Shown: positions 1 through 8,928 of the stretch, one piece after another
Position numbering within the stretch: position 1 is the first letter of the stretch
Layout of the letters: each line of letters starts with the position of its first letter
Assembly (NCBI GenBank): GCA_038063435.1
Contig: JBBTVC010000016.1
Span: forward strand, 1 to 33,230
Source: Patescibacteria group bacterium
GTDB lineage: Bacteria; Patescibacteriota; Minisyncoccia; HO2-45-28
DNA length: 33,230 bases
Direction of reading: 5' to 3'
Program-made: the position numbers and the translations under genes
Notes under the pieces: model-generated
The model's input: only the letters and a program-made list of their open reading frames with translations
What the model was told of the DNA's origin: nothing
Databases searched by the model: none

Positions 1-20
1 CTTCATTCAGCAATTGCGAC

Positions 21-64
21 CAATCAATATAAAACCGCCTACTTAGGCGGTTTTATATTGATTG
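21..64 (-). terminator. Long perfect hairpin 3' of tRNA-Pro, probably a bidirectional intrinsic terminator
   Basis: Arms caatcaatataaaaccgcct (21-40) and aggcggttttatattgattg (45-64) are exact reverse complements with loop actt. A CCGCC/GGCGG core is flanked by A and T runs. It sits directly downstream of the minus-strand tRNA. Confidence 0.6.
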
Positions 65-136
65 GTCGGGGTGCCGAGAATCGAACTCGGGCTACAAGAC
101 CCCCAGCCTTGCGTACTGCCTCTATACTACACCCCG
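63..136 (-). tRNA. tRNA-Pro (anticodon GGG), CCA encoded
   Basis: The reverse complement folds as a 74-nt cloverleaf. Acceptor stem CGGGGTG/CACCCCG, D stem GTAT/GTAC, anticodon stem CAAGG/TCTTG with loop CTGGGGG (anticodon GGG, G37), T arm CCGAG-TTCGATT-CTCGG, then ACCA. Confidence 0.9.
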
Positions 137-160
137 TTTGTCCCGAGCGAAGTTGAAGGG

Positions 161-343
161 TTATTTATACATTTTTTTCAAGCATTTAGTGCATATTAAG
201 ACTCTTTTTCCATCAGCAAGCCTAGCCCGTTGGAGATTGGGTTGTTTTCTTTTTAATTTGGTTGGATTATATTTTCCGCGAAGAAGGTTTCTTTTACCGC
301 CCATTTTAGAACCCTTTCCGCATATTTCGCACTTCCTAGCCAT
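161..343 (-). CDS. rpmB: 50S ribosomal protein L28
   Basis: The 60-aa basic protein MARKCEICGKG...NLLRGKYNP...KRVLICTKCLK matches the L28 signature and size. Confidence 0.9.
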   Translation of the reverse strand: MARKCEICGKGSKMGGKRNLLRGKYNPTKLKRKQPNLQRARLADGKRVLICTKCLKKMYK

Positions 344-380
344 ATTGAGAGAGTTTATAATGAAATAACACTTAAATCAA

Positions 381-1004
381 ATGTCCGACTTAGTTGATTT
401 CATATTTGCCATAGCGGTTCTTATTATGTCTGTTGTCGTGCATGAAGTTTCCCATGGCTACATGGCCTACGCGCTTGGCGACCCGACCGCTAAATATGCC
501 GACCGGCTGACACTAAATCCGCTGAAACACCTTGACCCCTTCGGGTCGGTTATTTTGCCGGTTATAACCTATCTTTTGGGCGGTTTTATTTTCGGTTGGG
601 CCAAACCCGTGCCATATAACCCTTATAATCTTAAAAATCAGCGCTGGGGCTCGGCTTTGGTTGGCGCTGCGGGACCCAGTGCCAACATTTTAATCGCTTT
701 GTTTTTCGGATTGTTTTTGAGATTCGGCGGGACGTTTTTCGCGTCCGCGGAGTTTGTACAGGCGCTCTCGGCGATAGTTTTTATAAATTTATTGCTCGCT
801 TTTTTTAATCTTGTGCCGATACCGCCGCTTGACGGCTCCAAAATACTTTTTGCTTTCATCAGCCGCCGCTTTCCCGAACTCGAATATTTTTTGGAACAGT
901 GGGGATTTGTTTTGCTTTTATTTGTTATTTTTTTCCTTTTCCGGTTTCTTGCGCCGTTAATTTTTGTCGTGTTCAAACTGATAACCGGCATCGGGTTATT
1001 TTAG
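381..1004 (+). CDS. Peptidase M50 / site-2 protease family membrane metalloprotease
   Basis: HEVSHG (HExxH) lies in the first TM helix. The NLVPIPPLDGSKIL (NxxPxxxLDG) motif is present and the protein is polytopic and hydrophobic. Confidence 0.85.
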   Translation: MSDLVDFIFAIAVLIMSVVVHEVSHGYMAYALGDPTAKYADRLTLNPLKHLDPFGSVILPVITYLLGGFIFGWAKPVPYNPYNLKNQRWGSALVGAAGPSANILIALFFGLFLRFGGTFFASAEFVQALSAIVFINLLLAFFNLVPIPPLDGSKILFAFISRRFPELEYFLEQWGFVLLLFVIFFLFRFLAPLIFVVFKLITGIGLF

Positions 1005-1025
1005 ATCATTTTATATTTTAAAAAT

Positions 1026-1059
1026 CTGTTAAATTTTACCATATGGTAAAATTTAACAG
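1026..1059. repeat. 34-bp perfect AT-rich palindrome between the M50 gene and the rpsL promoter
   Basis: ctgttaaattttaccat|atggtaaaatttaacag equals its own reverse complement (checked base by base). Confidence 0.9.
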
Positions 1060-1096
1060 ATGGTAATTTCATGTCTAAGTTGCGCCTTTTAAGTCC

Positions 1097-1125
1097 TTGA
1101 CTGGCCGCATTTTAGAGGATAAACT
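1097..1125 (+). promoter_or_regulatory. Putative sigma70-type promoter of rpsL-rpsG-fusA
   Basis: TTGACT (1097-1102), 17-nt spacer, TAAACT (1120-1125). The ATG of rpsL is 14 nt downstream, which implies a very short leader. Confidence 0.45.
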
Positions 1126-1139
1126 ATTTCACATACAAC

Positions 1140-1553
1140 ATGCCGACATTTAATCAGTTGGTAAAAAGAGGCCGCAGGCCTCTTATAAGAAAATCTAAAG
1201 CCGTTGCCTTACAGCGGGGTTTTAATGCTTTGCAAAATAGGCCAAAGTTTTTCCCCTCGCCTTTTAAGCGCGGGGTTTGCACTAAAGTCACCACTGTTAC
1301 GCCCAAAAAGCCGAATTCGGCCTTACGCAAGGTGGCAAGGGTCCGCCTGACCAATGGAATGGAGGTAACCGCCTATATTCCGGGCGAAGGGCATAATCTT
1401 CAGGAGCACTCGGTCGTGATATTGCGCGGCGGCAGGGTTAAAGACTTGCCGGGAGTGCGCTATCACATTGTTAGAGGCATGCTCGACACCTCGGGCGTTG
1501 AAGGACGCAAGCAACAGAGGAGCAAGTACGGTGCCAAAAGGCCTAAGGCATAA
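1140..1553 (+). CDS. rpsL: 30S ribosomal protein S12
   Basis: [13 protein letters not shown]...[24 protein letters not shown]...[10 protein letters not shown] is canonical S12. Confidence 0.97.
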   Translation: MPTFNQLVKRGRRPLIRKSKAVALQRGFNALQNRPKFFPSPFKRGVCTKVTTVTPKKPNSALRKVARVRLTNGMEVTAYIPGEGHNLQEHSVVILRGGRVKDLPGVRYHIVRGMLDTSGVEGRKQQRSKYGAKRPKA

Positions 1554-1567
1554 ATTTTTATTTTACT

Positions 1568-2035
1568 ATGCGCAGAAAATTTAAATTAAAAACCACAGTT
1601 GAGCCCGATTATCGTTACGGCTCCGTTACTCTTTCTAAATTCATAAATTATATTATGAGCTCGGGCAAAAAAAGCGTTGCGCGAAGTGTCGTATATGAGG
1701 CTTTGGATATTGCCGGCAAAAAAGCCAAAAAAGAACCACTGGCCATTTTTGACGAGGCTATCAAAAACGCTTCACCGGCTTTAGAGGTGAGATCAAGGCG
1801 GGTTGGCGGGGCTAATTATCAGGTGCCAAGAGAAGTGCGGCCGGAAAGGCAGGTGACTTTAGCCATGCGCTGGCTGATTCAGGCGGCAAGGTCCAAAAAA
1901 GGAAAACCAATGGCTGAAAAATTAGCAGAAGAGCTGGTGCTTGCGTCTAAAAACGAGGGTGCGGCGATTAAGAAGAAAGAAGACACGCATAAAATGGCCG
2001 AAGCCAACCGCGCGTTCGCTCACTTCGCTTGGTAA
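1568..2035 (+). CDS. rpsG: 30S ribosomal protein S7
   Basis: 155 aa with SGKKSVARSVVYEAL...VEVRSRRVGGANYQVP...ANRAFAHFAW, which is canonical S7. It follows rpsL. Confidence 0.97.
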   Translation: MRRKFKLKTTVEPDYRYGSVTLSKFINYIMSSGKKSVARSVVYEALDIAGKKAKKEPLAIFDEAIKNASPALEVRSRRVGGANYQVPREVRPERQVTLAMRWLIQAARSKKGKPMAEKLAEELVLASKNEGAAIKKKEDTHKMAEANRAFAHFAW

Positions 2036-2040
2036 TTTTT

Positions 2041-2676
2041 ATGGCTAATCCTGAATCGGCGCCAGAAGTTAAGTCAAGCGGCAATTTTCCGGAGCCCAAA
2101 AATTTTTCGGAGGAATTAATTATTGGAAAAGAGGAGCGCGCCGAATTGGCGCGCGAGCTTGACGCCGAGAAACGCGAACTGCTCGGCTCAATAGAAGATT
2201 TAAATAAGAAAGAAGCACTGGATTTGATTCCGGAATTGGGCGGAACTTTAAAGATGGCTCGCAAGGTGGCGGGCGAAATCGCGGACAGCGCCCTTGCCGG
2301 CAAAAAAGACGAAGCCAAGCTGAAGCTGGAGGTGCTGAAGGATTTGCGCGATGCTCTGCAAATAGAAAGCCAAAGCGAAGAAATCGCCGCCTTTGACGGA
2401 ATCAAGCTGCTTAATACACAGAGTAAATTTCGTTTTATAACGGATAATTTAGTTCAGAGGTCCATGTTTTATTTGGACGCGGAAGAAGGCAGGCGCCTGC
2501 AATCAACGCTTGACTCTTTTAAAACCGATATCAAAACGCTCAGCGATTCCTATCAAAAAAACAGGCGCTTAAGCGGAGAAGAGCGGAGGGCTTTAGACCG
2601 CATATTCAGGAAGACGGTAGATCTTTTGGGTTTGGCCAGCCGCGGGGATTACGAAGATTTTATAGGCAGTATTTAA
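2041..2676 (+). CDS. Hypothetical acidic, predicted all-helical protein inserted between rpsG and fusA
   Basis: The ORF is 211 aa from ATG 2041 (the track's TTG at 2029 overlaps the rpsG stop). It is tightly packed between rpsG (6 nt) and fusA (13 nt). I recognise no family motif. It is rich in E, K, L and R with heptad-like stretches. Confidence 0.6.
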   Translation: MANPESAPEVKSSGNFPEPKNFSEELIIGKEERAELARELDAEKRELLGSIEDLNKKEALDLIPELGGTLKMARKVAGEIADSALAGKKDEAKLKLEVLKDLRDALQIESQSEEIAAFDGIKLLNTQSKFRFITDNLVQRSMFYLDAEEGRRLQSTLDSFKTDIKTLSDSYQKNRRLSGEERRALDRIFRKTVDLLGLASRGDYEDFIGSI

Positions 2677-2689
2677 TTTTTTATTTTTT

Positions 2690-4795
<2,106 letters not shown>

Positions 4796-4884
4796 TCATG
4801 GACGAAGAAAAAAAAGAGCCCGATAATGATTTTGTCTCGGAGCTGACCGCCGAGGATTTTGAAATTTCGGGGGATTTGGACGAC

Positions 4885-4913
4885 TTGCCCCTGTAATTTG
4901 GAGGCCGTATAAT
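4885..4913 (+). promoter_or_regulatory. Putative promoter of the secreted S1 protease gene
   Basis: TTGCCC (4885-4890), 17 nt, TATAAT (4908-4913). It is followed by RBS AAGGAGA (about 4932-4938) and ATG 4945. Confidence 0.45.
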
Positions 4914-4944
4914 TAAATAAGTTTTTTGACAAAGGAGAAACCCG

Positions 4945-5793
4945 ATGAGAAGAATCGGACCGGTGTTTGCGATGATTTTTGCGATTTTTGTTTCTGCCGC
5001 TCAAGCGGCGCCGACCGAGTATTATATCCCAAAGCCCGACGGCAAATACGACAACCACGCATATCTCGTTAACCCCGAAAAATACAGCTTTAACTTAGTT
5101 AAAAATTCGGTGGTGCGTCTGGAAAATACTACCGAGTTTAAGGGTTCTGACGGCAGGCCTGTGTCCAACACCAGGATCGGAGGCGGCGTTATACTCGGGA
5201 AATATGTTTTAACTGTCGCGCATGTGAGCGTTCAAGACGCGCTAAAAATACCCATGCCGCCTTTCGGCTCTATTGCGATTCCGGCCAGGAAAATCAGCGA
5301 GAAAACTTTTGCCGTTCTTGATGGAGTGAAAGTTCTTTTAACCGCGGTCCACATTAAAAGAGAAGACGACATAGCTATTTTTAAACTCCCGGACGACATT
5401 AGTGTCGGCGCTTTTCCGTACGAAATTGGCGACAGCGACGATTTGGAGATTGGCAATATGGTGTATGTTGTGGGAAACCCTTTGAATATGGGCGTAAACG
5501 TCAGGCAAGGCATTGTCAGCGCGGTTGAAGCACCCAAAGAAACCGAAGGCGTTGACGGCAAAAGCAAAAACTTTTTCATGTTGTCATCCGGAGTATACGG
5601 CGGCGACAGCGGCACTCCGGTCATCGCGGTCCGCGACGGCAGATTTGAACTTGTCGGCATTTCGGAGGGTGTTTTTGGCAGCGCCGACCAGCTTGGCTTT
5701 GCCATACGCATCAACGTCGTTAAGCGTATTGTTGAAGATTGCCGAAAATGCTCCGAAGATTTAAAAGATATTTTCAGGAAAAAAGCCCGCTAG
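4945..5793 (+). CDS. Secreted trypsin-like (S1 family) serine protease
   Basis: Signal peptide MRRIGPVFAMIFAIFVSAAQA|AP. Catalytic-triad contexts are LTVAHV (His), DDIAIFKL (Asp) and GGDSGTPV (Ser). A strong SD precedes the start. Confidence 0.8.
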   Translation: MRRIGPVFAMIFAIFVSAAQAAPTEYYIPKPDGKYDNHAYLVNPEKYSFNLVKNSVVRLENTTEFKGSDGRPVSNTRIGGGVILGKYVLTVAHVSVQDALKIPMPPFGSIAIPARKISEKTFAVLDGVKVLLTAVHIKREDDIAIFKLPDDISVGAFPYEIGDSDDLEIGNMVYVVGNPLNMGVNVRQGIVSAVEAPKETEGVDGKSKNFFMLSSGVYGGDSGTPVIAVRDGRFELVGISEGVFGSADQLGFAIRINVVKRIVEDCRKCSEDLKDIFRKKAR

Positions 5794-5806
5794 ACGGGCT
5801 TTTTTG
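5784..5806 (+). terminator. Intrinsic terminator after the S1 protease gene
   Basis: Stem AGCCCG/CGGGCT has the stop codon in its loop. A T6 run follows and an A run precedes it. Confidence 0.7.
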
Positions 5807-5886
5807 TCGCTCTTCCTTATTTTTAAAAGATGCGCTAGGATTATCGCGAAGGGCACATTGATAGTTTGAAATCGGCGGAGGTCTGT

Positions 5887-7359
5887 ATGAAAAAGGCGGC
5901 CTTGGTCGCTCTGTCTTTAATTGTTTCAGCGACAATTTTACTTACCCACTACGAAGCGGCTATACGCGATCCGTCGGCAAAAGAGGAAGAACTGAGCTTT
6001 ATCAGAAAAAGAGTCGGCACCATAATAGTTCCGCAAGAGCATAGTTTTGAAATTTTGCCTAGGGACGCCAAAGAGGCGGGCGAAAAAAGAACCGAAACCA
6101 TGAAGCTCGCCAATTTCGGCCGAGCCTTTACGGCTCGTATGCGTGGAAACAAAATGCTCTTAACTTCGGGACACACGCTTTCTCCTCCTATCGGGCGCGA
6201 AATTTCCATGTTGGAAAGCGTCTTTGCCAAAAGGAATAAAATTGACGAGTCTAAATTTGAAGTCAGGTATAAATCCACGGAAGTTAAGAAAGAGAGTCTG
6301 GTTTTCCGGATAGGCGATAACATCTATAAGGATTTTGAAATAAAATTTTTGCTTTTTGACGAAATTGGCCAGGACTTCGCGATTCTCGCGTTCAAAGACG
6401 CTGGAAAAATTCCTAAAGAATATTTTAAACTTGGTTCTACCGCGGATTTGAATTACGGAGATACACTTTTTATGGCCGGCGGTAGCGGTTCTTCTCCAGC
6501 CAACATTTTTTTGGTTCCGGCAATCTTTGAAGAAAATCAGGAAGTTTTCATTCAGCCCGACGGCAGTATCGGGTATGGGCAGGCGGTTATGACGCTAAGC
6601 GGCGCCGCAGTCGCGGCCGGAGCTTCCGGCTCTCCCATATTGAAAAAAGACTTCGGCTGTTCAAAAATTTACTGCTATCGCGCGGTTGGAATCGTGCGCA
6701 GCATCATAGGCGACATTGACGACGCCAGGCTTCATTCGCACACGTTTCATGCCGCCAGGATAGAGTTGGTGAAAGAAGCCGCGGACAACATTGTTTTTCC
6801 GGTTAAGCCCAAAGAGGGCGAAAAAAAGGCAAACTGGCTTGAAGTTATTAGAACAAAGACACTCTCGTTTGATCGCATGAGCTGGGTTGTTTTTGGAACG
6901 ATCGCCGCTTTCGCGATTCTTCTCCTCCTGATTTTCAAACCGCGGAATACATACCTGTCGTATCTGGTTGCGTCGGTTTTAATCGTTTTGATTTCGCTTT
7001 CGGTTTATTTCGGCATTCGTTCGTCTCTCGGCTGGCCGAGCCGTTTTATCCCGGAAAACGATTTACTGTTGGTTGACGTCAAGTCCGAGCCGTCCAACAA
7101 AAGAGCGTATTTGTTGGTTAGAGAAAAACTGCCAAGCGGAGAATTCAGCAAATTGCGCCTGCTTGAGGTTATTTACGAGCCCGGATCCAGCAGCGCGAAG
7201 GAGCTGGACGGAAGAATTCAGCTGCTCAAAAAGGGCAAGGGAACCATTCTTCGTTTAAAGAGATTAACAAGGGGCGGGGCATTCAAAACCCCGGAACTTT
7301 CCGAATTTGAGTTTCACGACTTCCTTCACGAAAACCTTCCGCCTAAAAAAATAAAATAA
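5887..7359 (+). CDS. Membrane-tethered trypsin-like serine protease homolog with two extra TM helices and an unknown C-terminal domain
   Basis: I prefer ATG 5887 (GGAGG 6 nt upstream) over the track's TTG 5866. There is an N-terminal anchor, MKKAALVALSLIVSATILL. Triad-like contexts are TSGHT, QDFAILAF and GASGSPIL. TM helices WVVFGTIAAFAILLLLIF and YLVASVLIVLISLSVYFGI follow. The last ~110 aa match nothing I recognise. Confidence 0.7.
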   Translation: MKKAALVALSLIVSATILLTHYEAAIRDPSAKEEELSFIRKRVGTIIVPQEHSFEILPRDAKEAGEKRTETMKLANFGRAFTARMRGNKMLLTSGHTLSPPIGREISMLESVFAKRNKIDESKFEVRYKSTEVKKESLVFRIGDNIYKDFEIKFLLFDEIGQDFAILAFKDAGKIPKEYFKLGSTADLNYGDTLFMAGGSGSSPANIFLVPAIFEENQEVFIQPDGSIGYGQAVMTLSGAAVAAGASGSPILKKDFGCSKIYCYRAVGIVRSIIGDIDDARLHSHTFHAARIELVKEAADNIVFPVKPKEGEKKANWLEVIRTKTLSFDRMSWVVFGTIAAFAILLLLIFKPRNTYLSYLVASVLIVLISLSVYFGIRSSLGWPSRFIPENDLLLVDVKSEPSNKRAYLLVREKLPSGEFSKLRLLEVIYEPGSSSAKELDGRIQLLKKGKGTILRLKRLTRGGAFKTPELSEFEFHDFLHENLPPKKIK

Positions 7360-7367
7360 TTTATATT

Positions 7368-7396
7368 AAAACCCGAGCTCTTATGAGTCGGGTTTT
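7368..7396. terminator. Bidirectional hairpin terminator between convergent genes
   Basis: AAAACCCGA...TCGGGTTTT with inner CTC/GAG pairing. It overlaps the stop codon of the minus-strand gene. Confidence 0.6.
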
Positions 7397-8024
7397 ACAT
7401 TGCGCCTTTGGCCGCGGCGATTCTTTCAAAATCAAAACGAACGCTTTCTTTAATAAATTCCCCGTTTACGTCCATATCAAACTGCACAATCGTTTTTTCA
7501 GCGCCGCTTTTTTCCATGATTATTTTTTTGTCAAAAACTGTTTGCATGTCTATCGCGACGCCGTTTCTAAATCTTTGGATCATAATTTTTATCTCCACCG
7601 GAACTTCGCCCACGCCGCGAAAATAAAACAGATTAACTATATAGTGGCCGGCAATTTTATCTTTGTCCGCGACCGAAACAATAAACTCCTCGTTTCTGTC
7701 GGTTGTCGCGTCCCAACCGGTGTCGTCTCTCAAAAGAACGAACGTTGGGCTTTGCGGCCTAGAATAACCGACCGATCTGTCGTCCGGCCCCTGGGCCCAC
7801 ATATCAATATCCTGCGTCCACTTTTCAGGCCAAGTCGCGTGGATTGTGATTATGCTTTTTACCGCTCCTTTGGCCTCCTCCTCTTTTTTTATGCTGGCCA
7901 CGATAAGCAGCGCCACCAGAAGAACAACAATGGAAAGGTAGTTGTTGAGCACCACGTCAATGAAGGCGGTGGTGATGCTCGTGTTTCTTTTGTTATTTCC
8001 TCTGGAGCGGAATCTTAATTTCAT
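7395..8024 (-). CDS. ExbD/TolR-like single-pass membrane protein with a non-canonical beta-rich C-terminal domain
   Basis: The N-terminus MKLRFRSRGNNKRNTSITTAFIDVVLNNYLSIVVLLVALLIVA resembles the ExbD/TolR basic segment plus the IDV Asp-containing TM helix. Its start overlaps the upstream gene's stop as ATGA (8021-8024). A G-rich SD lies upstream. An alternative in-frame ATG at 8072 has no SD. Confidence 0.6.
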   Translation of the reverse strand: MKLRFRSRGNNKRNTSITTAFIDVVLNNYLSIVVLLVALLIVASIKKEEEAKGAVKSIITIHATWPEKWTQDIDMWAQGPDDRSVGYSRPQSPTFVLLRDDTGWDATTDRNEEFIVSVADKDKIAGHYIVNLFYFRGVGEVPVEIKIMIQRFRNGVAIDMQTVFDKKIIMEKSGAEKTIVQFDMDVNGEFIKESVRFDFERIAAAKGAM

Positions 8025-8770
8025 CCTCCGCCCCCTTCTTTTGGCGTTTCGCGCGCGTTGCCTCCGTTCCATTCAGGAAGAGAGTGCTTCCACATTACAA
8101 GCGACAGCCGTATTCTTAGCTGTACTGTTCCTCTGTCCACTATCAGGCAGAGCAGTTTCAGGAACAGCCATAGGGCTTGGCCGTATAGTGTCGTGATAAA
8201 GGCGGTGGCCATGCCCTCGCTCATGGGGCGCACCATTTTGGTGAAAATCTCGGCTCTGCCTATGTCCAGTCCCATAAATCCTGAAAGAGCAATGATGATT
8301 CCGGCCACCGTGCCCAAAAGACCGAGGGTCACGAGCGAATCGGCTATGAAGTGGGCGGTATCGGTCAAATCGTCCAGCATCATCACTATGTTTTCCATGT
8401 TTTTGTCATGCAGTTCGGTCGGGCTCAACTCTTTTCTTTTTTGCCAAAGATTTCTGATCGCTTTGATGTGATATGAGATAAGGCAGTTATTTTTTTCAAT
8501 TTGGTCGTGTCCATCGCCCTGCGACAGCGCTTCTTGGATTTTACACGTCTTATTTAATTCCCCGAAAACATATATCATTTTATGAGTAATCAGCGCAAGA
8601 CCGATAAAAAATACGGCGATAATCAGCCAGGTTATCTTTGTGTTGTCCAAAGACACGGTGTAGTATATGAGTCCTTCCCACCACATATACGCGCTAAAAA
8701 CAATTCCGATTGCCAGAAAAAAAAGCCAGGTCGCAAGAAAACAATAAGGACTTGCCAGTCTCTGATCCAT
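8021..8770 (-). CDS. MotA/TolQ/ExbB-family proton-channel protein
   Basis: The C-terminal TM pair carries SLVTLGLLGTVAGIIIAL and MATAFITTLYGQALW, the family hallmarks (LGLLGTVxG, TTxxG). Two N-terminal TM helices and a ~90-aa cytoplasmic loop complete the protein. I prefer ATG 8770 (GGAGG with a 5-nt spacer) over the track's TTG 8803. Confidence 0.75.
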   Translation of the reverse strand: MDQRLASPYCFLATWLFFLAIGIVFSAYMWWEGLIYYTVSLDNTKITWLIIAVFFIGLALITHKMIYVFGELNKTCKIQEALSQGDGHDQIEKNNCLISYHIKAIRNLWQKRKELSPTELHDKNMENIVMMLDDLTDTAHFIADSLVTLGLLGTVAGIIIALSGFMGLDIGRAEIFTKMVRPMSEGMATAFITTLYGQALWLFLKLLCLIVDRGTVQLRIRLSLVMWKHSLPEWNGGNARETPKEGGGG

Positions 8771-8856
8771 TTTTTCCTCCGATTTTTCAAAAATCTTGTT
8801 CAAACGGACTTTAACACCGCGTTTTATTCATGTAAATAGGCGCGTCATGGTCTGGT

Positions 8857-8884
8857 TTGACTTCGTCTTTTTAGATTCTATACT
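8857..8884 (+). promoter_or_regulatory. Putative promoter of the S41 protease gene
   Basis: TTGACT (8857-8862), 16 nt, TATACT (8879-8884). GGAGG precedes ATG 8929. Confidence 0.4.
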
Positions 8885-8928
8885 CAAAATTAGAGCAACT
8901 TTAAATCAAAACACCGCGGAGGCGTCAG

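Noticed and set aside
5866-5886. Alternative upstream non-ATG or extended starts from the track (TTG 5866; also TTG 8803, TTG 16840, 22631, 15819, 18693 and GTG 19636)
   Set aside because: In each case a downstream ATG or GTG has a better RBS or promoter context, or the extension crosses a hairpin or a -10 box.
7383-8018. 211-aa plus-strand ORF covering the same DNA as the ExbD-like gene
   Set aside because: Its translation is R/F/H/N-rich with no domain-like features. The minus-strand frame has an ExbD-type TM helix, an SD, and an ATGA overlap with the upstream MotA/ExbB-like gene. I treated the plus-strand ORF as an antisense shadow.
7395-8770. Zorya-type anti-phage system (ZorAB)
   Set aside because: The A subunit is only ~250 aa with no long ZorA tail. 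There are no ZorC/D/E-like genes nearby and no peptidoglycan-binding domain on the B subunit.
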